Below are positions 1 to 9,330 of a DNA stretch of 64,000 nt, piece after piece; position 1 is the stretch's first letter; each line of letters opens with the position of its first letter. Made by a program: the position numbers and the translations under genes. Location: positions 124,001 to 188,000 of the IMG/VR virus record IMGVR_UViG_3300044700_000691; one strand, 5' to 3'. Below the pieces are notes generated by a model. That model was given only the letters and a program-made list of their open reading frames with translations. It made no database searches and was not told the origin of the DNA.

Positions 1-1
1 C

Positions 2-3000
2 GATCAATTTGGTAATTCTGAAACTAAACAGGTTACAGTTAATATTAAAATATCGCCTGAGGATGCTGTGTATGAAACACAAGCTAAAGTTTTTCAAAAA
101 AGAAAGTTAGAAGTTGTTAAATTTGCATCACAGCTATATACTGATACAGCAGCAACTGATATTTTATATCCATTTACTGGCTCACTTGCCGAATTTTATA
201 AAAAGATTGAGGATCCTTTAAAATTATTTACGCTACAGGAAAAAGGTTTAACCACAAGTTCAGCTAACGTTGATAAAAAATTAAAAAAAGAAGGCCTTGA
301 CGGAATAGTTAAAGAAAAAAGATCAAATGGTACAGAGGAACAGTTCTATATTGAAAATACTGAAAAGTATCAGCAGTTTTATGAAAATCTTGAGCCTAAG
401 ATTGAAGCTCGTATTGAAGTAGAGCGTCAGAAATTTAGAAAAGACTTAGTTAGCTCTGGTAAATTTTTAAAATTATCAAATCTTGCCAAAAAACAGGTAT
501 TTGATGTTGTTAATAATGGTAATATAGAGGCAAAACCTACTGAAAAACTTATTGTAAATGGAGTAGAGGTTTTACCAAGCGAATATGGGCAAAATGCTAG
601 AACTGCAATTAAAAACAGCTCAGCTGAAGTATTAGGTTTAATTAAAGACATTGAAACCCGAATCGCTAAGATAAAGGAGGCAAATTCGCCAAAACCAGAC
701 GATTTAGCCAAAGCTCTTGCGGCAACTGGCTGTGTTCCGCCTGATGAAGGCCCCTGTAAAAAATTAGCAAAAGCCGGCTCTGACCCATTGGGTTACAAAT
801 CAATGACCGTGCAGCCAACTGAAGCTAATCCAGATTATACATGTGGCTGTTATTGGAAAGAGGTAACTAAACACCTAAATAAGCTAAACCTATTACCTAT
901 TCCAGATATTATGCGCCTACCCGCATTAAGATATTGGCCAGTTGGATTAATTATCCCAACTCCATATCCAATTAGAATTCCACTACCTCAAATTTGGTTT
1001 CATATAGTAACCTTAAACTTACCATTTGGTACTCTAGTTATTTGGTATGTACAGTGTGGAATCGTTCCATCACCAATTGTTATGTACATTGGACCAGATG
1101 GAAAAAAGATTATCCTATTAAGTTTTAGAGCACTACAAGGTCAATTTGATCCAGTTGGATATACACTAGATGAAGCCAGCGTTTCTCCATTAGGAATAAA
1201 CCAAACATCAATTGGAAAACCTAGCGGAACTGGCGCAAAGACAATTACGTTTGGTAATATCATGGTAAATGCTAAATTGCAAAAAGTAGCAAAAGTTGCA
1301 GCACAAGCGCAAGCCTTATTGGAATTAGCGGATCCTGGTAAATTAATGCCAAACGGTTTTAATATTCCATTTAAACCAGGCGAAAAACCAGACTGGAAAA
1401 CTGGAGATGAAGATTTTTTAGATACTGCAACTGCTTCCTTAAATGATTTTACCGTATTTGTTAAAAATATTAATCGCACAATTTGCGTTAAAATAGATGA
1501 ACTTGGAGATTTTGAATTACCTAATTTTTCAATCGCATTAAAAAGCGCCCAAGACTCTGCTAAAAATCGACAAACTACGCTAGCCGGCCTTCCGTATAAT
1601 TTTGATCAAGCCTGGCTAAACTGCGATCCAGGTAATCTTTATTCAAATATTCCATCTAACTTCTCACACTCAAACTTAAATATTGATTCTAATGAATGTA
1701 AAGAAATGGTATTATCTCTTTCGCTAGATTTAGATAAATTTTTAGATAAACTTAAACTTGGAACCTATACCATTCCAAAAGACAAGGGCAAATCAATTAA
1801 ACCTGAAGCCATGCTTGATGGAGTAATTGATTCTGTTATGGAGTATATGTCAAGAACAAACTTTGGAAAAGCCAAATCTATCAACTTTAATAAGAAGTTT
1901 AGAAAAGCAATGCGAGATTTAGATTTAAATGCCGCAATTGATGCAGCCGCAGCTAAAGTTGATATAACTAAAGTCGAAAGTGTAACCGCATTTAAGAAAA
2001 CTGCAAAAGGTTACGTTGATCAAATATGTGATGTTTTTTCTGGAAAAAACCTAAAGGTAAAAAGAGATTCTCCAGAATTTCAACGAAAGGTTGATGCTGA
2101 AATTGCAAAAAGAAAAAGATTTAACGAAAGAAATGCTGAGTATGATGCAAATCACCCTAAACAAGCAGCTCGCGTACAATCCTATGAAAAAAAGATTGGT
2201 CAAGAAACTCCAAGGGCACTTTCAATTGATAAACTGACTGTTGCAAACTTTGTTTATGAGGCCGAGATTAAAAAAAGAAAACGTTTTGCTGAATTACTGG
2301 GTCACTCTGTTGCTGGATTTACTAAACCAATTAAAGATGCACTGGGTAATTTTACACAAATTGTAAAACCTAAGTGTTGCCCAAGCGATCTAGCAATACC
2401 CCAATTTATTGATCCTCTGGTTCTTGCAATTATTATGTCTTTTAGACAATTGGCTCATACTGCAATTGATGCACTAACAACTGACTTAATCAAATCTATA
2501 TTTGGCGAAGTATTTAGTGTAACAAAGGAAATTATCCAATCAATAACAAATCTTATAGCTAAATCTATTCCAAATATAGATATTCCGCTAAATGGCGCAG
2601 CCGCTCTGCAACTCCTTTTAAGTATATTAAAGCCATTCTTACCTCTGTTAAGAATTCCGCTAGGGCCTCTTCCTAGAATATTAGGTGTGCCACAATTAAC
2701 GATCAACTTAGATTCATTAATTAAACCGTTATTAAAAGCAGGTATTCAGGTGTTAATGGATAAAATATTAAGCCTATTACCTATTAGAATATGTGATTTA
2801 CCAATTACTGCAATTTCAACTGCCTGGATTTCTGCTCTATATAGAGGAATTAAGGTTGCAATTAAAATGGCAATTACTGAACTAATAGAAACTTTACTAG
2901 CGCCGTTACAATCCTTATTTAAATTAATTAACCTATTAAAAGGGGTTAAGGGTGCATTTACAGCTCTTTTTGATATGACCAATCCTTTTCTTAAAATCTA

Positions 3001-3370
3001 TAAAATGATTAAAGAGGCTCTGGAAAGATCTCTCCCAACTCCAGCTTTTATTAAAACGGTTAACCAATTAATCTTGTTAGCTCAATTAGAAATTTTAAAA
3101 GTAATGGACAAAGCTGCTAAGAATTTACCAGAAATTGCCGTATATTTACCGATCGCGGCTGGCCAATCACTAGGTCTTGGAAATATTCTACGAGCAGGCG
3201 TGCACCCAATCCTAAATCAAGATGACCTTCCAACTTGGGATAGGTTAACTATGAAGAACCCTTTATATGTTATGTTTTTGGATGATTTAGCGCATAAAGC
3301 AAAGGCAGCAACCGGTACGATTTTAGGCCAAGATTTTTTAGGTACCCCAGTGTATGTTCCTACTCCATAA
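2..3370 (+). CDS. Large hypothetical protein (>1100 aa), N-terminus cut by the window edge; possibly virion-associated
   Basis: The frame is open from position 2 through the GTG at 68 used in the track. It has Cys clusters (CVPPDEGPC, CGCYW, PKCCP), Pro-rich hydrophobic stretches and long amphipathic helices. No family recognised. Confidence 0.8.
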   Translation, partial: DQFGNSETKQVTVNIKISPEDAVYETQAKVFQKRKLEVVKFASQLYTDTAATDILYPFTGSLAEFYKKIEDPLKLFTLQEKGLTTSSANVDKKLKKEGLDGIVKEKRSNGTEEQFYIENTEKYQQFYENLEPKIEARIEVERQKFRKDLVSSGKFLKLSNLAKKQVFDVVNNGNIEAKPTEKLIVNGVEVLPSEYGQNARTAIKNSSAEVLGLIKDIETRIAKIKEANSPKPDDLAKALAATGCVPPDEGPCKKLAKAGSDPLGYKSMTVQPTEANPDYTCGCYWKEVTKHLNKLNLLPIPDIMRLPALRYWPVGLIIPTPYPIRIPLPQIWFHIVTLNLPFGTLVIWYVQCGIVPSPIVMYIGPDGKKIILLSFRALQGQFDPVGYTLDEASVSPLGINQTSIGKPSGTGAKTITFGNIMVNAKLQKVAKVAAQAQALLELADPGKLMPNGFNIPFKPGEKPDWKTGDEDFLDTATASLNDFTVFVKNINRTICVKIDELGDFELPNFSIALKSAQDSAKNRQTTLAGLPYNFDQAWLNCDPGNLYSNIPSNFSHSNLNIDSNECKEMVLSLSLDLDKFLDKLKLGTYTIPKDKGKSIKPEAMLDGVIDSVMEYMSRTNFGKAKSINFNKKFRKAMRDLDLNAAIDAAAAKVDITKVESVTAFKKTAKGYVDQICDVFSGKNLKVKRDSPEFQRKVDAEIAKRKRFNERNAEYDANHPKQAARVQSYEKKIGQETPRALSIDKLTVANFVYEAEIKKRKRFAELLGHSVAGFTKPIKDALGNFTQIVKPKCCPSDLAIPQFIDPLVLAIIMSFRQLAHTAIDALTTDLIKSIFGEVFSVTKEIIQSITNLIAKSIPNIDIPLNGAAALQLLLSILKPFLPLLRIPLGPLPRILGVPQLTINLDSLIKPLLKAGIQVLMDKILSLLPIRICDLPITAISTAWISALYRGIKVAIKMAITELIETLLAPLQSLFKLINLLKGVKGAFTALFDMTNPFLKIYKMIKEALERSLPTPAFIKTVNQLILLAQLEILKVMDKAAKNLPEIAVYLPIAAGQSLGLGNILRAGVHPILNQDDLPTWDRLTMKNPLYVMFLDDLAHKAKAATGTILGQDFLGTPVYVPTP

Positions 3371-3372
3371 TC

Positions 3373-3401
3373 AAAACTACTAGCCCTTTATCTGTATAAT
3401 A
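3373..3401 (+). promoter_or_regulatory. Putative early/middle promoter AAAAC-N16-GTATAATA
   Basis: Intergenic, upstream of the S1 gene. The same bipartite motif recurs before other replication genes. Confidence 0.6.
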
Positions 3402-3426
3402 TTTTAGATTATTCAAATATAAAAAT

Positions 3427-4605
3427 ATGACTTATACCAACGAGGAACTTGAAATTCTTTTTTCACAAGGAAATTCAAAAATTAACAAATCAGTTAAATT
3501 ATCAGAAGCCGATCGAAAAGCTAATGTTAAAATTTTCTGTAAGGAGCCTTATGCTCAGGACCTATACGATAAATATTTTGGATCAGAAGCTGGTCACCGA
3601 CTACCAACTGCAAGTAAAGATATTCCAGTAGGAGAAATCCGAACAGTTAGCCTTAAGAAAATTGACTTTGCTATGTCAATGGTTGAAATGGAAGACGTTT
3701 CATCAATGACTAGTATTTTTGTACCATTTAGAGAATTTTCTCAGGAACCTTCGTTAAGTCTCCTAAATGAAGATAAAGATCGTAAATATAAAGTTATGGT
3801 CTATAAATCTAACATGAGCGAAATTCTTGGATCAGAGAAAAAATGTGCAGCCCTTACTCTTAGAGAAGACGTTGAATACTTTACTAAGAATAATAAATGG
3901 TTCTATGTTAAAGTGGTTGAGCTTATTAAAGGAGGTTACCTTGCAATCTATAAAAACCAAATTAAATGTTTCTTACCAGGTTCGCACGCTGCAGCCAACG
4001 TAATTAGAGATTTCTCTGAGTATCTACACAAAGAAATTCCAGTTATGGTTGAAAATTATGATTCAGTTAATAACCTATTCATTGTTTCATACAAGAAATA
4101 TATTAAAGAAACCCTTCCACAAAAAGTATCTGATCTATCATTTAGCCAGAAATATACTGGAACTCTTACCAATAATCCTTATGACTTTGGAATATTTGTT
4201 GAATTCCAAAACTACTACACCGGACTTATACACAAGTCAGATTTTGAAAATGACGCAGCCTTTAAGGAATTCTCAAAAGGTTTACGTTCAGGCAATCAAA
4301 TTGACTTCTGGGTTAAAGACGTCGTGCAGAAGAAAGGAGAGTACAGAATTATACTTACCACCAAGCCAGACTCAATTGATCCAGTTAAGAAAAGCTGGCA
4401 AAGCCTTAAGGACGGCATTGAGAACCAAATTTTAAACTATTCATATAGTAAAGGGTCTATGACAATGACTCTACCTGATGAGCAAACTATTTCTGTTTCA
4501 GTATCTGCTACTGTAATGCAAGATCACAACGTTGATGGTCGAGTATTAATACAAAAAGTTGATGTAATAAAACAAAATTTAGGGTTCGAAGTACTGTTAG
4601 ATTAA
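3427..4605 (+). CDS. rpsA: Ribosomal protein S1-like multi-OB-fold RNA-binding protein
   Basis: S1-repeat signatures: VKVVELIKGGY..CFLPGS, EIPVMVENYD..NLFIVSYK, YTGTL..YDFGIFVEF..TGLIHKSD. Confidence 0.8.
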   Translation: MTYTNEELEILFSQGNSKINKSVKLSEADRKANVKIFCKEPYAQDLYDKYFGSEAGHRLPTASKDIPVGEIRTVSLKKIDFAMSMVEMEDVSSMTSIFVPFREFSQEPSLSLLNEDKDRKYKVMVYKSNMSEILGSEKKCAALTLREDVEYFTKNNKWFYVKVVELIKGGYLAIYKNQIKCFLPGSHAAANVIRDFSEYLHKEIPVMVENYDSVNNLFIVSYKKYIKETLPQKVSDLSFSQKYTGTLTNNPYDFGIFVEFQNYYTGLIHKSDFENDAAFKEFSKGLRSGNQIDFWVKDVVQKKGEYRIILTTKPDSIDPVKKSWQSLKDGIENQILNYSYSKGSMTMTLPDEQTISVSVSATVMQDHNVDGRVLIQKVDVIKQNLGFEVLLD

Positions 4606-4614
4606 GTATATTAA

Positions 4615-4622
4615 GATAAATA
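4615..4622 (+). promoter_or_regulatory. T4-type late promoter-like GATAAATA
   Basis: Intergenic match to the (T/A/G)ATAAATA motif, 7 nt before the ATG at 4630. Confidence 0.4.
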
Positions 4623-4629
4623 TCCTTAT

Positions 4630-4770
4630 ATGACACACGGTAAAAGTACACTAGATGTTAAGTTGAAAGCACGTCAAACTACAGAAAACAGCGCAGCTTA
4701 TCACAAATCAACATCCATTTTTAAAGCACAACCGAGTCAATCTTTATTCACATTTAAAAAAATAAATTAA
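4630..4770 (+). CDS. Small hypothetical protein, 46 aa (below the ORF-track cutoff)
   Basis: ATG 4630 to TAA 4770 ([16 protein letters not shown]...) fills the gap and ends 2 nt before the nrdB ATG. Confidence 0.35.
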   Translation: MTHGKSTLDVKLKARQTTENSAAYHKSTSIFKAQPSQSLFTFKKIN

Positions 4771-4772
4771 AA

Positions 4773-5735
4773 ATGGAACCGATTCTAACCGAGAATCCGC
4801 ACAGATTCGTCATCTTCCCTATTCAGCATCATGATCTGTGGGACTTTTATAAAAGGTCAGAGGCGTCTTTTTGGACAGCCGAAGAAATTGACTTAGCGGC
4901 GGACTTAACTGACTGGCGAACTAAACTTAACGACGACGAGCGTTATTTTGTTAAAAACATACTAGCTTTCTTTGCCGCATCAGATGGCATTGTAAACGAG
5001 AACTTAGCTGAAAATTTTGTTAGAGAGGTGCAATACCCAGAAGCTAAATTTTTCTATGGTTTTCAAATTATGATGGAGAATATCCATTCTGAAACATATT
5101 CCCTTCTTATTGATACTTATATTAGTGATGAAGAAGAAAAAGCCAACTTATTTAACGCGATTGATACAATTGATGCAGTTAAGAAAAAGGCAGAATGGGC
5201 ATTAAAATGGATTAAAAGTGATTCATTTGCTGAGAGACTAGTTGCATTTGCTGCAGTCGAAGGTATCTTTTTTTCTGGCTCTTTTTGTTCAATATTTTGG
5301 TTAAAGAAAAGAGGCCTTATGCCAGGACTAAGTTTTTCAAATGAACTTATTTCAAGAGATGAGGGTATGCATACAGATTTTGCAGTACACCTACATAATA
5401 ATCATATTGTAAATAAAGTTTCCGAAGAAAAAATCAAAGAGATTATTCTTTCTGCTTTGGAAATTGAAAAAGAATTCATTACAGAGTCTCTTCCAGTTAG
5501 ACTCATCGGTATGAATGCTGACTTAATGAAGCAATATCTGGAATTTGTTACAGATAGATTGCTACTTGACTTAGGTTGCAGTAAAGAGTTTAATGTTAAA
5601 AACCCATTTGACTTTATGACTAATATTGCACTTAAAGGAAAAACTAACTTCTTTGAAAAAAGAGTTGGGGAATACCAAAAGGCCGGCGTAAACTCTGCGA
5701 GTATTCAAGATTTTTCTACCGACGAGGATTTTTAA
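4773..5735 (+). CDS. nrdB: Ribonucleotide reductase class Ia beta subunit
   Basis: [17 protein letters not shown] and SRDEGMH di-iron motifs; C-terminal [12 protein letters not shown]. Confidence 0.97.
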   Translation: MEPILTENPHRFVIFPIQHHDLWDFYKRSEASFWTAEEIDLAADLTDWRTKLNDDERYFVKNILAFFAASDGIVNENLAENFVREVQYPEAKFFYGFQIMMENIHSETYSLLIDTYISDEEEKANLFNAIDTIDAVKKKAEWALKWIKSDSFAERLVAFAAVEGIFFSGSFCSIFWLKKRGLMPGLSFSNELISRDEGMHTDFAVHLHNNHIVNKVSEEKIKEIILSALEIEKEFITESLPVRLIGMNADLMKQYLEFVTDRLLLDLGCSKEFNVKNPFDFMTNIALKGKTNFFEKRVGEYQKAGVNSASIQDFSTDEDF

Positions 5736-5753
5736 AAAATAAGAGATAAGAAC

Positions 5754-8162
5754 ATGAAGGTTACCAAAAGAGATGGCTCGTTAGAGACCCTTAGACTAGA
5801 TAAGATTACCAACCGTATTAAAAAACAAACATATGGTTTAAATTCAGATTTCGTAGATGCGTTAGAGGTTGCTACTAAAGTAGTTTCTGGTATTTATGAT
5901 GGAATTACTACAGCTGAGCTTGATAATTTAGCAGCAGAAACCGCTGCTTCTTTAAATCATGCCCACCCAGATTATTCATACCTTGCTGCAAGAATTGCAA
6001 TTACGCGTTTACATAAAACCGTTAGTAAAAAGTTTTCAGATGTTATTGAATCTTTGTATTCATATATTGATCCTAAAACATTATTACCAGCTGGCTTAAT
6101 TAACGATGACGTAATTAAAGCTGTTCGTAAGCATGCTGATACCCTAAATGAATCTATCCTACACGATAGAGATTTTAATTTTGACTATTTTGGATTTAAG
6201 ACCCTTGAAAAGAGTTACCTATTAAAAATAAACGGTGAAACTGCAGAGGCTCCTCAACATATGTACATGAGAGTAGCAGTTGGTATTTGGGGAGAAGATA
6301 TTCAAAATGTGTTAAAGACATATGAATTATTGTCTACTCACAAAATGACACATGCAACTCCTACGTTATTCAACGCTGGAACAAGACGCCCTCAATTATC
6401 TTCATGCTTTCTATTAACTATGCAGGAAGATTCAATTCAAGGAATTTATAAAACCCTTTCTGATGTTGCAGCGATTTCACAAAATGCAGGTGGAATTGGG
6501 TTATCTATACATAATATTAGAGCAACAGGTTCCTATATTAAAGGAACAAATGGATCCTCTAATGGAATTGTTCCAATGCTTAAAGTATTTAACGAAACAG
6601 CTAGATATGTTGATCAAGGTGGCGGAAAGCGTAAAGGCTCATTTGCAATTTACCTTGAACCTTGGCATGCTGACGTCGAGGATTGGTTAGATCTTCGTAA
6701 AAACCACGGTAAAGAAGAACGCCGAGCTAGGGATCTTTTCTTAGCACTATGGACTCCTGATTTATTTATGGAAAGAGTTGAAGCCGATGCAGATTGGACT
6801 CTATTTTGTCCAGCTGAAATTGGTGTTGAACTTTGGGAAATGCACGGCCAAGAATTTAAAGAAAATTACGAAAGACTTGAAAGTGAAGGAAAGGGTCGTC
6901 GCACAATAAAAGCAAGAGCTCTTTGGCAAAAGGTATTAGAATCTCAAATTGAAACAGGCACGCCTTATATTCTTTATAAAGATGCAGCTAATGAGAAATC
7001 TAATCAAAAAAATCTAGGTACAATTAAGTCTTCAAACTTATGTACAGAGATTATGGAATACACAAGCAAGGACGAGCAAGCTGTTTGTAATCTTGCTTCA
7101 ATTGCAGTTAATCAATTTATCAAGTTTCCAGAGAAAAGATCGTTAAAGCAGCGTAGAGCTCATGCAGAATACGATCATCAAGCACTATACGATGTTACTT
7201 ATCAAACTACCCTAAATCTTAATAAGGTAATTGATATTAATTTCTATCCAACACCAGAGACCAAAGCCTCTAATATGAAACACCGTCCAATTGGAATCGG
7301 TATTCAGGGATTGGCCGATACATTTGCAATCTTAGGCTTACCTTTTACTTCAGATGAAGCTAAATCTCTAAATGAAGACATTTTTGAAACAATTTATTTT
7401 GCTTCAATGAAAGCTTCAGCCGATCTTGCTAAGAAACTTGGTGCATACGAATCGTTTGAAGGCAGTCCTTTAAGTCAAGGCCAATTTCAGTTTAATCTAT
7501 GGCAAGCCGACGAGTCCAAATTTTCTGGAAGATGGGATTGGTCTGCATTAAGAAAGCAGGTTATAAAAACTGGTGCACGCAATTCATTATTATTAGCACC
7601 AATGCCAACTGCGTCAACTGCTCAAATTATGGGTAATAACGAAGCGTTTGAGGCATTTACATCAAATTTGTATACTAGACGAACCCTATCTGGAGAATTT
7701 GTTATTGTTAACAAGCACCTAGTTAGAGACCTAGTTGAATTGGATCTATGGTCAGACAATATAAAGAATAGAATTATTACTGAAAAGGGCTCTGTTCAAA
7801 ATATTGCAGAAATTCCCGTTGAAATTAGAGAAATCTATAAAACAGTTTGGGAATTAAAACAGAAAGACATTATTGATATGTCAGCTGACCGTGGTAAATT
7901 TATATGTCAGTCACAGTCGCTTAACCTTTTTATTAAAGATGCAAATGCTGCTAAATTAACGTCTGCACATTTCCACTCTTGGAGAAAGGGTCTTAAAACT
8001 GGAATGTACTACCTAAGAACCGAATCTGCCGTTGATGCAATAGCGGGTCTTGGGGTTGATTCAGCTGCACTAAAAAAGTCTACCCTAACTGCTGAGCAAA
8101 TTCAAAGTGATTTAACTTGTTCGATTGACAATCCAGACGATTGTATTGCCTGTTCTTCTTAA
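5754..8162 (+). CDS. nrdA: Ribonucleotide reductase class Ia alpha subunit with N-terminal ATP-cone
   Basis: VTKRDG ATP-cone, TPTLFNAG, QLSSCF, SNLCTEI, LAPMPTAS, KTGMYYLR and C-terminal CIAC. Confidence 0.98.
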   Translation: MKVTKRDGSLETLRLDKITNRIKKQTYGLNSDFVDALEVATKVVSGIYDGITTAELDNLAAETAASLNHAHPDYSYLAARIAITRLHKTVSKKFSDVIESLYSYIDPKTLLPAGLINDDVIKAVRKHADTLNESILHDRDFNFDYFGFKTLEKSYLLKINGETAEAPQHMYMRVAVGIWGEDIQNVLKTYELLSTHKMTHATPTLFNAGTRRPQLSSCFLLTMQEDSIQGIYKTLSDVAAISQNAGGIGLSIHNIRATGSYIKGTNGSSNGIVPMLKVFNETARYVDQGGGKRKGSFAIYLEPWHADVEDWLDLRKNHGKEERRARDLFLALWTPDLFMERVEADADWTLFCPAEIGVELWEMHGQEFKENYERLESEGKGRRTIKARALWQKVLESQIETGTPYILYKDAANEKSNQKNLGTIKSSNLCTEIMEYTSKDEQAVCNLASIAVNQFIKFPEKRSLKQRRAHAEYDHQALYDVTYQTTLNLNKVIDINFYPTPETKASNMKHRPIGIGIQGLADTFAILGLPFTSDEAKSLNEDIFETIYFASMKASADLAKKLGAYESFEGSPLSQGQFQFNLWQADESKFSGRWDWSALRKQVIKTGARNSLLLAPMPTASTAQIMGNNEAFEAFTSNLYTRRTLSGEFVIVNKHLVRDLVELDLWSDNIKNRIITEKGSVQNIAEIPVEIREIYKTVWELKQKDIIDMSADRGKFICQSQSLNLFIKDANAAKLTSAHFHSWRKGLKTGMYYLRTESAVDAIAGLGVDSAALKKSTLTAEQIQSDLTCSIDNPDDCIACSS

Positions 8163-8168
8163 TAAATA
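8161..8168 (+). promoter_or_regulatory. Late promoter-like AATAAATA
   Basis: 19 nt before ATG 8188, the same spacing seen at other late genes. Confidence 0.6.
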
Positions 8169-8187
8169 GAATAAAGAGGCCAATACT

Positions 8188-8610
8188 ATGCTTAAGAATT
8201 TTAATTCCTGGTTAACCGAACAAACTGACCCAATGTCAATGGATCCAGCGGTTGCTGCTCCGGCCGTGCCGGTGGCACCTGGCAAACCTGCTCAAATTAG
8301 AGCAATTTTAATATCAAATCCAATTGGTTCAGTCGATATGCCTGGCGATATGTCAACTAAGCAATTTAACGAATATGTTCTAGACCTCGATAGAGTTAAA
8401 GAATGGATTACTAAAAATGCAAAGGAGTCAGAACAAGAAATTTTAGACTACTTATCAGGAAAAGATATTGAAGTTAAAGACGCCCATAAAAAATTCACGA
8501 AAGCTGTACAAGCTGACGAATTTGGAAAAGCTCAAACTGTAATTGATATAGATTTTACTAAAGAAGGCGAACCTACTACCAAAGACATTAACTTAATATT
8601 TTTAGCATAA
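8188..8610 (+). CDS. Hypothetical protein with N-terminal capsid-targeting-like motif; putative internal head protein
   Basis: Starts MLKNFNSWLTE, follows a late-promoter motif, and has a Pro/Ala linker. Confidence 0.75.
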   Translation: MLKNFNSWLTEQTDPMSMDPAVAAPAVPVAPGKPAQIRAILISNPIGSVDMPGDMSTKQFNEYVLDLDRVKEWITKNAKESEQEILDYLSGKDIEVKDAHKKFTKAVQADEFGKAQTVIDIDFTKEGEPTTKDINLIFLA

Positions 8611-9272
8611 TGCAGCTAAGTGAACTTTCACAAAATATAACTAACGATATCTTTCGGTTAATTCAGCAAAATGTTGGAAAACCCGAAAGATATCGTTCTT
8701 TTGATTTAGAATACAAAGATCCAATTTATTTTGACTTAAAGGTCAATATTAAGATTACTGATACTCTGCATCCAACTAAGGACCTATATTTTAAAACAGT
8801 TCCGTCTGAGGTCTTAAAATTTGAAAAGTTTGGATTTGCAATAGATGGAGATTCATTTGGTGGAGATAATGAAGATGGAGCCGAGATTGAAATTTCAGTT
8901 GCAGTTGACCAAACCCAAATTAATTCACCTAAACTTAAAGCCCGAATTCTTGATGTTGCTCGACACGAAGTTGAACACATTTTACAAAGAGGTCCTAACT
9001 TTTCACTAGATCACAAAGTTAAAATACCTAGACCCATAACTAGGGAACTTGCAAAATCCAACTATCGATATTTTATCCTAAGCGACGAAATACCTGCACA
9101 GGTTAGAGGACTTGCAGAAGAGGCTCAGCTATCTGGCCAAACTGTAAAAGAGTGTGCAATTGAATACCTAACCCCATTCCTAGAATTAGGATTTATTACC
9201 CAGAAAGAAATTGAAATGGTTCTTACTACATGGCAAGCCTGGGCATCTCAACATAATATTAAATTCGAGTAA
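8610..9272 (+). CDS. Hypothetical protein with HExxH (possible zinc metallopeptidase)
   Basis: ARHEVEHILQ followed by YFILSDEIPAQ (candidate third ligand Glu). Start overlaps the previous stop (TAATG). Confidence 0.6.
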   Translation: MQLSELSQNITNDIFRLIQQNVGKPERYRSFDLEYKDPIYFDLKVNIKITDTLHPTKDLYFKTVPSEVLKFEKFGFAIDGDSFGGDNEDGAEIEISVAVDQTQINSPKLKARILDVARHEVEHILQRGPNFSLDHKVKIPRPITRELAKSNYRYFILSDEIPAQVRGLAEEAQLSGQTVKECAIEYLTPFLELGFITQKEIEMVLTTWQAWASQHNIKFE

Positions 9273-9299
9273 AACTTTGGCAGTTTATTGGGTAAAATA
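9271..9299 (+). promoter_or_regulatory. Putative early/middle promoter AAAAC-N16-GTAAAATA
   Basis: Upstream of gp32; matches the recurring bipartite motif. Confidence 0.6.
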
Positions 9300-9330
9300 T
9301 CTATAATAAACTTAAAAAACCAAAGAAACA

